Source: Candidatus Heimdallarchaeota archaeon
Lineage (GTDB): Archaea > Asgardarchaeota > Heimdallarchaeia > Hodarchaeales > Hodarchaeaceae
Assembly (NCBI GenBank): GCA_011364965.1
Contig: RDOB01000002.1
Coordinates: 224,001-288,000, forward strand
Direction of reading: 5' to 3'
DNA: 64,000 nt
Below the pieces are notes generated by a model. That model saw only the letters and a program-made list of their open reading frames with translations. It made no database searches and had not been told where the DNA came from. The position numbers and the translations under genes were made by a program. Position 1 is the first letter of the stretch; every line of letters begins with the position of its first letter. Shown here one piece after another: positions 19,522 through 29,145 of this stretch.

Positions 19522-20733
19522 ATGAAAAACAAATTTAATATAAGTAAGCTTTTGGAGGATTCAAAATCATCTATATACTCATGGGCAACTAACGATTTAA
19601 CCTGTCTTTTGGCAATGGAGGTTATGTCCATTGGTTATACTAAAATGAAGCTTTTTTATGATGATTTGGGAGAGGATCCAGAAGACTTAATAGTAATTTT
19701 CGGTCCTGATGGCAGTACTACCAGAAATAAAACACGTTTTGACGAAGGTGTTGGTTATGGTTGCGTTATCGCTACTAAAAAATATATTTTTCCTTCTCTT
19801 TTACATCCTAATGCTTGTGGATTTGGATTATATCGTATTGATGAGCTTCCCAACCGTGAAAGTCTTATAAAGAAATTAAATCATATGAAAATGCATGGAG
19901 TGCCCATAGGTGACAAAAGAGGTAAATGGGATGTTTGGAAGTCAAATCATTTCATCGATTTACTCCAACTTGACCATTTATATTACGATACTTATCAGAA
20001 AATTCTTTTACCTGGAAAATATGTTTTAATTCATTCTTCTCAGCAAACTGAGAAAAATAAATTAAGTTACTGGGAACCAAATGATTTTATAACAATTGAG
20101 ACACCTTTAGGAAAAGCTGCAGGTTTAGAGGGCAAATCTGTATCTGAATATCTTGAATATTTTAAATCAGTGGAACAATATAGCAAAGCAAAGCGCACAT
20201 CTATTGCAAATGAGCTTTTTGGTGAGGAAAATGTTTATTGCGTTTCTAATCCTACTCATCAGGGGTATTTTGTTGAAGGTGAATATTATGTTATGCGATT
20301 AGGCCTTTATAATACTCAAAGTAAATCTGGATCATCTAATCTCTCACTATTTCCATTAGGATTTAATGGATACTCCTCGATTTATTTATATGAGGGATTA
20401 GAAAATATTAAAGATCAATTTTGGAACCAAAAAGAGATCGATAAAGCTAAAGAACTAAATCACTTGAATTTCATTCGTAGAGCTAATATCATGCCCCATG
20501 GCGGAGGATATAAACTTTTTTATCCACATAAGAAAGTTAGATCAGTTTATTATGAAAATCAGATTTTTTTTGAGTTGTTTGATTCAGATGTTCAAAGTAA
20601 ATTATTAATTCAAGATATTGAGGCACTTGAGTATGGTTATAGAGTTCCCGAAGACATTATTCCACTTGTTGATAAATATGAACTTGGAAGACAAATCGCA
20701 ACTTTTTCACCAGAATATGTTATCAAGTTTTAA
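19522..20733 (+). CDS. Divergent RtcB-like (3'-phosphate RNA ligase fold) protein
   Basis: Collinear RtcB motifs: GPD, PNACG, SNHF, LIHSS, PTHQ, MPHGGG, YR and terminal PEYVIK. Confidence 0.72.
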   Translation: MKNKFNISKLLEDSKSSIYSWATNDLTCLLAMEVMSIGYTKMKLFYDDLGEDPEDLIVIFGPDGSTTRNKTRFDEGVGYGCVIATKKYIFPSLLHPNACGFGLYRIDELPNRESLIKKLNHMKMHGVPIGDKRGKWDVWKSNHFIDLLQLDHLYYDTYQKILLPGKYVLIHSSQQTEKNKLSYWEPNDFITIETPLGKAAGLEGKSVSEYLEYFKSVEQYSKAKRTSIANELFGEENVYCVSNPTHQGYFVEGEYYVMRLGLYNTQSKSGSSNLSLFPLGFNGYSSIYLYEGLENIKDQFWNQKEIDKAKELNHLNFIRRANIMPHGGGYKLFYPHKKVRSVYYENQIFFELFDSDVQSKLLIQDIEALEYGYRVPEDIIPLVDKYELGRQIATFSPEYVIKF

Positions 20734-20787
20734 ATAATGAAATTACGAACTTCATAGCATCTAATTTCGAAACTGTGTTGATTTTTA

Positions 20788-21699
20788 ATGACACATGATC
20801 CCAAGCATGAAAATCCTCATAATATCGATGAACCAAGAGAGGATCTCTCTTTTCCTGGGAGAAAGTCATTACTGGAAAATCTCCGCAGTAGATTTGCTGT
20901 AAATGCCGATGTATGGATTCACCACGCATATAATGTCCCTTATGAAGATCCAATCAGTATAGATGACTTTAATAACATTCAATATCAAGATAATGTCATC
21001 ATACCAGCAATTCTACAAACTCTGATAGATAAAGTAGGAGGGAAGCGATCTACAAGTCTTTCAGCAGTCACTGGGATGAAAAAACCAGATATTTTATTTT
21101 TACAAGATCCTGCAACAATGAATACCGCAATAATTTCAAAAGAAAGGGTTTGGATTACTGAAATCTTACTTTCTGAAGCAACTTTTCTTTTTCCTATTCC
21201 ATCTAAACGAACCCATGCCATGAGTGATGTGGACAGAACTGAGGTCGAAGTTTTTCAAGAAGATATTTCCATTCAAATTAATGGTCATCGAACCAAACGT
21301 GGAATTGAGTTAGATCGAATCCTTACTCCAATAGATTCTTATTACAGACCAATTCGGGGTGGTAAGGATCCAATTTCTAAATTCAAATCTTCTCTATCCC
21401 AATTGAGCGATAGTGGAGAATTAGTAATGATGATATCCGATGCTATATCTTCTTCAGCAAAAATGTACTTAGGTACAGTCAATGTTCGATTAAACGAAGA
21501 TAGGGTTGCATTGGAATATCCTTCGGAAATTAATATGGCTGCTATAATAGTTTATAATCGCTATCTCGATGTTATGGAAATAAAATCTCCATCGCAACCT
21601 CCCCCAGTGGCTGAATCCCAACCATTAATCTTTCAAGTTTATAGGACTGAGATATCAAGGTCTCTTCAAAGCTTATTCAAATTATTGCATATTAAGTAG
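20788..21699 (+). CDS. Hypothetical protein
   Basis: 303-aa ORF, ATG start, co-oriented 54 bp after the RtcB-like gene; no confident family. Confidence 0.7.
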   Translation: MTHDPKHENPHNIDEPREDLSFPGRKSLLENLRSRFAVNADVWIHHAYNVPYEDPISIDDFNNIQYQDNVIIPAILQTLIDKVGGKRSTSLSAVTGMKKPDILFLQDPATMNTAIISKERVWITEILLSEATFLFPIPSKRTHAMSDVDRTEVEVFQEDISIQINGHRTKRGIELDRILTPIDSYYRPIRGGKDPISKFKSSLSQLSDSGELVMMISDAISSSAKMYLGTVNVRLNEDRVALEYPSEINMAAIIVYNRYLDVMEIKSPSQPPPVAESQPLIFQVYRTEISRSLQSLFKLLHIK

Positions 21700-21707
21700 T
21701 ATACTCT

Positions 21708-22217
21708 CTAAATTGAACTTGTTTCTTCCTTTTCTTTCTGGTGTTCATTAATTAGTAATTTTGCTTCTTCTATCCAAAGACGGTGTAATTGAAGTGAAAT
21801 TAACTCTTCTTGTTTTTTCAACAAATTTGGTTTTCGCACATCATATTCTTTCCTACTAATTATACCCAAAACAAAATCTCTCTCTAGTTGTTCAATCTCT
21901 GCTTCAATGATTCCATTCATGGATTGAAAGAATGTGAATATAGAATTTTTTACATTATCGATTAGCTCAATTCCAGGAATAGATATGAAGTAGACGTAAT
22001 GGGGAGAAGGGAATGGTTCGACTCTTCTTTCGCATAAATAATTTGTAACGAGCTGTTTGAGGTGTTTCTCAATTGCGGGTCTAGAAATAGAAAGTTGATC
22101 TGCTAGATCTTGAGGATTTGTTGGTTCATCTGATAATAGTTCGAGAATTTTTCTACGAGTCGGATCTGCAATCAATTTGAGCATATTTCCAATCCGTCTC
22201 TCTAATTCCTTAGACAT
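21708..22217 (-). CDS. ArsR-family HTH regulator with C-terminal SHOCT-like motif
   Basis: IADPTRRKILELL...LSISRPAIEKHLKQL; C-terminal LGIISRKEYDVRKPNLL. Confidence 0.85.
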   Translation of the reverse strand: MSKELERRIGNMLKLIADPTRRKILELLSDEPTNPQDLADQLSISRPAIEKHLKQLVTNYLCERRVEPFPSPHYVYFISIPGIELIDNVKNSIFTFFQSMNGIIEAEIEQLERDFVLGIISRKEYDVRKPNLLKKQEELISLQLHRLWIEEAKLLINEHQKEKEETSSI

Positions 22218-22373
22218 TGATGATTCCCATTAAATATCATTCAGATTTTTATAGTAGATTTTCTAATATTATGTCATTTAATGATCTTTAATTCGAGTTA
22301 AATCCAAATCCTTTTACCTTATTAGTTTTAATCACTGTTTTTACTTATCTTCATAAATGAATTTTAGGGTAAA

Positions 22374-22389
22374 TAAACCCATGGGTTTA
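22374..22389. promoter_or_regulatory. Perfect 16-bp palindrome TAAACCCATGGGTTTA, candidate operator
   Basis: Read directly; lies between the divergent ArsR and bactofilin genes. Confidence 0.55.
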
Positions 22390-22510
22390 ACTCTTTAACT
22401 GAGTAGCTGAGACAAATAACTCAATTTTTTAGAATATTATTTAACTAGCTCTTATGATAATAGAGTCAGAAGAAGTTTTAACAGATATGACTCATTAAAA
22501 TCCGTATGAG

Positions 22511-23356
22511 ATGATAGATATGTCTAATAAAGAAGTAGAAGATTTGAAAACCTTAATTAAATCATTAGATATTCGATTGGCTAATAATGAAATCTCCGAG
22601 GCTGAATATAATGAAATGAAAGAGAAATATGAATCAAAATTAAAACAGGAAATTGAATTGCTAAAACAAAATGGCTTTTTAACAGATTTATCCTATGTCT
22701 CTGTATCTGGTTCAGCTAAAATTACTCAGTCATATATCTCTGTATCTGGATCAGGACGAATAGAAGGTTGGAGGGGCGGTACAATCAAAATCTCTGGATC
22801 AGGTAAAATATCAGATGATGAGATCAAGGTTAGTGGTTCTGCATCATTACCAGGAGATTTAACCACTCAATCATTAATCTCTTCAGGATCAGTTGTAGCA
22901 GCAGGTTCGATTAATTGTTCCAAATTTATAAGTTCAGGTTCCTGTAAAGTTGAAGGACATGTTTCAGCGGAAGAAAAGGTAGCAATATCTGGTTCTGGTA
23001 ACATAGATGGAAATCTAACGAGCTCAAATATTAATATCAGCGGATCCTACAAAAGCGATGGATCTATATTTTGCAAGGAAATAGAAATTAATGGTAGCTA
23101 TCACATTGGTAAAAATATAGAATGTGAAGAATTATTTACCTCGGAATTAAACTCAAAATCTACAATTGAAGGTGATTTGATTTCTGGGGGTGATGTTCAT
23201 ATTGAACAGAACAATCGTGGCGGAAAACTAAAAGTAACTACTATTCAGGCCAAAGGGAGTGTGTATCTCGAAGGAGTTACTGCGAAATTAGTCAGTGGAA
23301 AATCAGTTCAATTAGGTCCAGAATGTAATATTGAAAATGTGGAAGAAAATATCTAA
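22511..23356 (+). CDS. Bactofilin-like polymer-forming cytoskeletal protein with N-terminal SHOCT-like motif
   Basis: Repeating (I/V)SGS beta-helix units; ends with IQAKGSVYLEGVTAKLVSGKSVQLGPECNI, as in YhbE/YhbF-type bactofilins. Confidence 0.8.
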   Translation: MIDMSNKEVEDLKTLIKSLDIRLANNEISEAEYNEMKEKYESKLKQEIELLKQNGFLTDLSYVSVSGSAKITQSYISVSGSGRIEGWRGGTIKISGSGKISDDEIKVSGSASLPGDLTTQSLISSGSVVAAGSINCSKFISSGSCKVEGHVSAEEKVAISGSGNIDGNLTSSNINISGSYKSDGSIFCKEIEINGSYHIGKNIECEELFTSELNSKSTIEGDLISGGDVHIEQNNRGGKLKVTTIQAKGSVYLEGVTAKLVSGKSVQLGPECNIENVEENI

Positions 23357-23379
23357 ATCCCTATGTTTAATCTGGTAGA

Positions 23380-24207
23380 TTGGGATTTAGTGTGTCAAGA
23401 ACTCCTAATTTACCATCTTTTTTAACAGATGAATCAGTTCATGTCATTATCTGGTGTTATACTGGAGGAGGACATTTTTTTAAAGAAAATTACCAGGTTA
23501 TTAAAGACTTGATATCAAATAGCGTCCCTTTATGCGTCATATTTTCTCAAGCAGGAGCGATGGTAGCTAATCGATATGGATTTTTCTGGGATTTAAAATC
23601 AAATCCTTTGAACTATAAATCAACTATTTTTCTATTTTCGGGATTAGACGTAATGAAATATAATGTACAAAGAATTCTTGAAGAAGCCAAACTTCCCTAT
23701 TCCGTAATAGAACCTGATCCTGCGTTTTCAATGGCTATATCTTTAGCTAATAGAAGGAATACTACTATAATAATTAGTCCAATGACTAGTAATACTGTGG
23801 CCAAAGTTGTTAACGGTATTTGCGATACTTTTATTACTAATTTAATATGTGGGCGTTTAAAGTCAGGTAAACGTATAATAGGAGTTCCTACCGATGGATT
23901 GGAGCAAATTATTCTTACCAATCTCCCTGTTCGTATGATTCAGTTGGACAAGTCACAGGTTATAAATATTGACATATGTAAGTATGGAGCTTTAAAACAG
24001 GAACCCAGAACCAAAGTGAGTTTCGATCCAAAATATTGCGTTGGCTGTAAAGAATGCGAACAGATGTACCCAGAAAGTTTTGTGTCTGGTGAAAAATTGT
24101 CTTTAAAAATTAGAAAAATTGATATTAGTAATTTAAAAAGGTTATCGAGAGAAATGAAGATTTTAAAGTCTCCTCTCGAAGTAAAAAATACACTCGAAGG
24201 AACTTAA
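23380..24207 (+). CDS. Archaeal flavoprotein (AfpA/DmrX-like) with ferredoxin-type Cys motif
   Basis: WCYTGGGH, SPMTSNTVAKVVNGICDT, VPTD, CKYGAL...CVGCKEC and RKIDISNL. Confidence 0.8.
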   Translation: MGFSVSRTPNLPSFLTDESVHVIIWCYTGGGHFFKENYQVIKDLISNSVPLCVIFSQAGAMVANRYGFFWDLKSNPLNYKSTIFLFSGLDVMKYNVQRILEEAKLPYSVIEPDPAFSMAISLANRRNTTIIISPMTSNTVAKVVNGICDTFITNLICGRLKSGKRIIGVPTDGLEQIILTNLPVRMIQLDKSQVINIDICKYGALKQEPRTKVSFDPKYCVGCKECEQMYPESFVSGEKLSLKIRKIDISNLKRLSREMKILKSPLEVKNTLEGT

Positions 24208-24225
24208 TTATTTAATTTACCCCAA

Positions 24226-24801
24226 TCACCTGTTTTTTAATTTTTTATATTCTATAATATAATCTTTGATACTACGTCCTAGTGTTTGAAATGCTTCAGT
24301 AACATTGAGACCAGATTTGGCTGAAGTATTTAAAAATTTGATCTTAAACTGAATATCACTTACCTCATTTTCTGATTTTTGTACAAATCTTTCTACTTCT
24401 GTGGAATCTATTGCATTCTCAAGGTCACTTTTATTGCCTAGAATGATATAAGGAATCTCTCTTCCAACATTAAGAAATAATTCATGTTTCCAATTTTCGA
24501 GATTGTACAATGATTCCGGCCTAGTCCTATCAAAGACTAAGATAGCCCCATGAGAACCCTTATAATAAAGTGCTCTTACTGCTGAAAACCTTTGTTGTCC
24601 TGCAAGATCCCAGATTTGGAATTTATATTGAATTCCATCTATATCTAAATTCTGTACAGCAAAATCTGCCCCTATTGTCAAAATATACCCAGATTGGAAT
24701 CCTTTCCCTAAAAATCGTTCCCTTAGACTGGTTTTTCCGACACCGCCGTCTCCTAATAAACATATTTTGTACAAAGGCACGCGAGATCCCTCTAGGTTCA
24801 A
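24226..24801 (-). CDS. Rab-like small GTPase
   Basis: G1 GDGGVGKT, G2 TIGADF, G3 WDLAGQ, G4 NKSD, G5 SAK; no C-terminal Cys. Confidence 0.95.
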   Translation of the reverse strand: MNLEGSRVPLYKICLLGDGGVGKTSLRERFLGKGFQSGYILTIGADFAVQNLDIDGIQYKFQIWDLAGQQRFSAVRALYYKGSHGAILVFDRTRPESLYNLENWKHELFLNVGREIPYIILGNKSDLENAIDSTEVERFVQKSENEVSDIQFKIKFLNTSAKSGLNVTEAFQTLGRSIKDYIIEYKKLKNR

Positions 24802-24942
24802 GTTAGAGTGAGTAATAGTGCAAGGATTAAATAATAATGCATTTTAAAAATAATCCCCCTACATATATAATGGTTACTCGATAAAATATGAAAATCACTA
24901 CTCTATTTTAAGAAATAATACGAAAATTCATCCTTTTTTCAA

Positions 24943-26442
24943 TTATCTCAACGCATCTGTGTATTTCTGGATTAATTTTGCTTTTAAATTGAATAATTTC
25001 TCTGTAAGACTCACTTTATATACGTGAGGATTGAGTAATCTCTTATAGGTTGAATCAAGTAGTTTCAAATCATTTTCTGTACGTTTTTGAGCATTTTTCC
25101 AATCAAAAAACTGCTCATCGATTGATAGTACTCCATTCTTCATAAATAATCTATGAAGAGGATTAATAATAATATCAGATGCTAATTCAAAAGATTTAAA
25201 TTGATCAATCGGATGATATATTCTATCTCCACTTCTCGGAGTCGATTCCTCTGATAATGCCATTACATCAGCAAGCAGTTTTCCATTACTATCTGTAATT
25301 CTCCAGACACATTTTTTCCCTGGATTTATTGTCTTGCTTACATTTTCACTAACTTTTATTTTCGGTTTATTGCCCAAAGCGACGAGTTTATATACTCCTC
25401 CCAAAGCACCATCCTTGTTACCAGTTATTAATTTGGTTCCTACTCCATAAGACAAATGTGAGATTGTTTCTTCGCATATTTTTTGATTCTTGGAATTACT
25501 AATCCCCTTTTCCCGGATTTGTTGGACTATTGAATTAATTGTGAATTCATCCAACTCATTTGAAAGGACTATTGTGATATTGGGGAAACCTTCTCGCTTA
25601 AAAACCTTATAGACCTCGAGTGATAAATACGCTAGATCTCCTGAATCAATTCTAACACCAACTAGCTCCTTTCCTTTGTTTCGCAACATTTTTGCTGTTT
25701 TAATGGCATTTGGTAATCCTGAATTTAATACATCATATGTATCTATCAATAACAAGCATGTTTCTGGGAAAACATTAGCATAAGACGAAAAAGCAGTGAT
25801 TTCTGAATTAAAAGCTTGTACCCAGGAATGCGCTTGAGTACCAACAATTGGACAATTCCAAATTTTTCCTGCTTGTACAAATGATGTTCCTTTGCAACCC
25901 CCAATTAATGCTGCTCTCACCCCAATATAAGCACTATCACCTTGTGCTCGTCTTAATCCAAATTCTATAACACTTCCTCCTCCTGCAGCTTGTACAATTC
26001 TTGCAGCTTTAGTAGATATTAAAGTTGAATAATTAATGATATTTAAAAGCGCAGTTTCTACCAATTGTGCTTCTATAATTGGAGCAGTTACAGTAATTAA
26101 TGGAACTGACGGAAAAACTACAGTTCCTTCTTCTACTCCAGTAACAGATCCAGTGAATTGGATTTCTCTTAAATAATCTAAAAAATCTTCAGTAAAAAGA
26201 TTCTGACTTCTCAAGTAAGTTATTTCTTCATCATTGAATTGGAAATTTTTTAAATATTCTAATGCTAGAGAAATTCCACTTGCAATGCTATATCCTCCTG
26301 AAAAAGGATTAGATCTAAAAAAAAGATCAAATGTTGCCTCTTGTTTAATTTTAAGATTGAAATATCCTTGACTCATCGTTAATTCATAAAGGTCTGTGAA
26401 AAGGCCTCTATTTTTGGTATAAAACATTTTATAGCCATCCAT
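24943..26442 (-). CDS. pncB: Nicotinate phosphoribosyltransferase
   Basis: TDLYELTM, EFGLRRAQG, GTQAHS, LIDTYD, VRIDSGDL and GGVYKL. Confidence 0.96.
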   Translation of the reverse strand: MDGYKMFYTKNRGLFTDLYELTMSQGYFNLKIKQEATFDLFFRSNPFSGGYSIASGISLALEYLKNFQFNDEEITYLRSQNLFTEDFLDYLREIQFTGSVTGVEEGTVVFPSVPLITVTAPIIEAQLVETALLNIINYSTLISTKAARIVQAAGGGSVIEFGLRRAQGDSAYIGVRAALIGGCKGTSFVQAGKIWNCPIVGTQAHSWVQAFNSEITAFSSYANVFPETCLLLIDTYDVLNSGLPNAIKTAKMLRNKGKELVGVRIDSGDLAYLSLEVYKVFKREGFPNITIVLSNELDEFTINSIVQQIREKGISNSKNQKICEETISHLSYGVGTKLITGNKDGALGGVYKLVALGNKPKIKVSENVSKTINPGKKCVWRITDSNGKLLADVMALSEESTPRSGDRIYHPIDQFKSFELASDIIINPLHRLFMKNGVLSIDEQFFDWKNAQKRTENDLKLLDSTYKRLLNPHVYKVSLTEKLFNLKAKLIQKYTDALR

Positions 26443-26557
26443 AATTATTTAGAGGAATTTAAAGAATATTCTATTTACTCTTAAAGGAAAATTAAAAGAA
26501 AGTTTTTTGAAGATATTCGGGAATTTAATTTTCATTGATGCAGTCAATGTGAGTGAA

Positions 26558-27238
26558 ATGGAGATACAGGATATTAAACTTACTGGTCTTATCAAATTAG
26601 AACAAACTGATGGGCTAATTGTTATTGATATGCAGAATGATTTTTTACCTGGAGGAGCATTAGCTGTGAATGAGGGTGATATGATAATTCCAGGAATAAA
26701 TAATCTCACATCTAAATTTATTGAAGATGGCAATCCTGTTATTTTTACTCAAGATTGGCATCCGCCTAGCCACAAGTCTTTTGCTAGTTCGTATCCTGAT
26801 AAGAATCCAGGAGATCCAATTGAAACACCTGGTATAGGGCCTATTTTATGGCCCGATCATTGTATTCAAGAAACACCAGGAGCTTCTTTAGCACCAGGGT
26901 TAGCCAATATTGAGAGTGCAAGTCTTATTTTGCGTAAGGGTTTCCATCCTACTGTTGATTCCTATTCAGCCTTTCTAGAAAACGATAAAGTAACTGATAC
27001 AGGTTTACAGGCGTTTTTAGATGCTATGGGAATAACAAGGATTTTTCTTTGCGGTTTAGCCCTCGATTATTGTGTTTATTTTACAGCTATTGATGCTAAA
27101 TCCTTGGGATTTGATGTTGTTTTGGTTGCTGATCTCACTAAACCTGTTAATGCTCCCCCAGGTAGTGTTTCAAACGCTTTATCTCATATGAGAAAAGAAA
27201 AAGTATTGATTGTAACTGCAGATCAAATTTTAATTTAG
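26558..27238 (+). CDS. pncA: Nicotinamidase/pyrazinamidase
   Basis: IDMQNDF, TQDWHP, WPDHC, KG...DSYSAF and GLALDYCV; ATG 26558 preferred over the track's TTG 26507. Confidence 0.95.
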   Translation: MEIQDIKLTGLIKLEQTDGLIVIDMQNDFLPGGALAVNEGDMIIPGINNLTSKFIEDGNPVIFTQDWHPPSHKSFASSYPDKNPGDPIETPGIGPILWPDHCIQETPGASLAPGLANIESASLILRKGFHPTVDSYSAFLENDKVTDTGLQAFLDAMGITRIFLCGLALDYCVYFTAIDAKSLGFDVVLVADLTKPVNAPPGSVSNALSHMRKEKVLIVTADQILI

Positions 27239-27258
27239 GCAACAAAAGATTAACATGA

Positions 27259-27864
27259 TTATGATTTTCTCGGGGAGAGATATTTTTGAACTAAGAATAG
27301 AAGTAAAAACATTGCGAAAGTTATAGATATGCCTAGAGTACCAAAACCTCTCTCCATACCCACTTCAATGAAGAAAGTACTGGTGAGAATTAAAATCCCC
27401 CATGAAACTGAAATGGTAATCCATGCTAAGAATCCTAAAGATAAAAGCTGCGTTTGGAATAGATGGAACAAACTGGTTCTTTCCCAGCTATCATCTGGAT
27501 ACTCTGTGTATTCTTCGTCCAACTGTCGATATTTAGCGACAATGTGCCAAGTCTCAAAAAATAACCAACATAAAACAACTCCAAGAACACTAATGTATAT
27601 GCTATTCAATCCAAAAATAATTCCTAATGAGAAATAAATAGTACTATAAATTCTTAATCCTAGTTTCAGTGTAAAGATGCCATAAATGGCAATTAATCCT
27701 AATAGGAAAAACAATAACATAAGCAGTAAGTAAAAAACAGAGTATGTTTGAAATACTTGCGAATAAATAAGCTGAAGTGCCAATATAAGAGGCACGAACG
27801 AAAAAATCAGAAAGATTAGCTCCATTACCAATTGAATGATCCAAATTATTGGTTTCAGCCTCAT
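27259..27864 (-). CDS. Membrane protein, last gene of the MoxR operon
   Basis: About 5-6 TM helices; 4-bp overlap with the DUF58 gene. Confidence 0.75.
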   Translation of the reverse strand: MRLKPIIWIIQLVMELIFLIFSFVPLILALQLIYSQVFQTYSVFYLLLMLLFFLLGLIAIYGIFTLKLGLRIYSTIYFSLGIIFGLNSIYISVLGVVLCWLFFETWHIVAKYRQLDEEYTEYPDDSWERTSLFHLFQTQLLSLGFLAWITISVSWGILILTSTFFIEVGMERGFGTLGISITFAMFLLLFLVQKYLSPRKS

Positions 27865-29123
27865 TTTGTTCTCCTTACCTTAATGGTTTCATACTTTGGT
27901 CCAAAAGGATACCAAAATATCTGAGTAATGCCCAATTTAGATATCTGCCTCATTACATATGCTCTATCTAACGTTAAGAGTGCGTTTGCTAAGCTAGTAG
28001 CTTTTGATGCTATTTCGGTCGTTTCCTTATCATCCTCTAACCTTGGTATCAACATAGTTATTTCATGACCCTTTTTTGCCAAGTTCTGAAGAAAATCGAT
28101 CATTATTCTATTATATAAAGGACTGATAAGAAATATCTGTGAATTTGGGGGTATTGAAGGTAATAATCTTTTATGAAGTCTAATATTAAAAACCTCATCA
28201 TGTGATGGGTAAGAACAGCGTGTATCTATTAGAAATTCATTTATGCGTAAGAGTTGCCGTTTTCCTGGAGCTGCGGGGATTTCCTCTACAAATTCACCAA
28301 TAGCAATGAAACCAACTTTATTACGTTGAGAAATCAAATATTCAGCCGTTGATAGCGCAGCCATAACTCCTTCCTCTAGTACACGTTTAGTAGAGGTTGT
28401 ATGATCAAAAATTATGAACATTCTCGCTGCTTGATCAAATGCATATTCATTAGTAGCTAGTATATTATATTTCGCAGTCACTCTCCAATTTATAGCTCTA
28501 AATTCATCTCCTTCTTGGTATTCACGAACACCTTGAAAATCAAAATCCCGTCCCTTATACACAAGGCTAGGAATATTCCCCGTTTCTGGTAGTAGACGTT
28601 GTCGTATGACTGGGAGCGTTTTTAGTTTTAAAAGAGCAGGTACAACGGCAAAAGAATTATGAATTTGATACTCTCGGACATACGAATGAAGAAAAAAGGT
28701 ATCAGAGCTTTTTATGACGGCTGGCCCCAAAATATATCGCCCTCGTTTATGACATCTAATAGCATATTTGAACGATACGTTTTCTCCCTCTTTTAGTTCT
28801 ATTATCCAATGATTAGATCCTTCGTGAATAGTACAATATTCTGGTGTTTTATCAACTATTTCTAAAATTGGAATTCTTTTTCCTTTGTTTTGAACCGTGA
28901 GTTTAACGTAAATAAGTTCTCCATTTTCTTCAGTTCGGTTTCTTGAGATCCATCTTTTAATTTCCAGCTCCTGTGGGATTTCTGAGGTACTAAGTGAAAA
29001 GAAGAAAATGATGGTCAGAGGAAGTACTAATCCTGCTATAATCCAAATATGTAAAATTACTGAAGCAATTAAAAGGAGGAAGCTAAAATTTAGAAGCCCT
29101 AAAAGACGAGTTTGTTGTTCCAG
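27861..29123 (-). CDS. DUF58 domain protein (MoxR-associated), 420 aa, probable CTG start
   Basis: GVREYQEGDEFRAINWRVTAK motif. The frame stays open upstream of the track's start (28730) to CTG 29123, adding 2 TM helices and an Ig-like region ending RGRYILGP; GGAGG lies 7 nt before the CTG. Confidence 0.88.
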   Translation of the reverse strand: MEQQTRLLGLLNFSFLLLIASVILHIWIIAGLVLPLTIIFFFSLSTSEIPQELEIKRWISRNRTEENGELIYVKLTVQNKGKRIPILEIVDKTPEYCTIHEGSNHWIIELKEGENVSFKYAIRCHKRGRYILGPAVIKSSDTFFLHSYVREYQIHNSFAVVPALLKLKTLPVIRQRLLPETGNIPSLVYKGRDFDFQGVREYQEGDEFRAINWRVTAKYNILATNEYAFDQAARMFIIFDHTTSTKRVLEEGVMAALSTAEYLISQRNKVGFIAIGEFVEEIPAAPGKRQLLRINEFLIDTRCSYPSHDEVFNIRLHKRLLPSIPPNSQIFLISPLYNRIMIDFLQNLAKKGHEITMLIPRLEDDKETTEIASKATSLANALLTLDRAYVMRQISKLGITQIFWYPFGPKYETIKVRRTK

Positions 29124-29145
29124 TTATAATCCTCCAAAACTAAGG

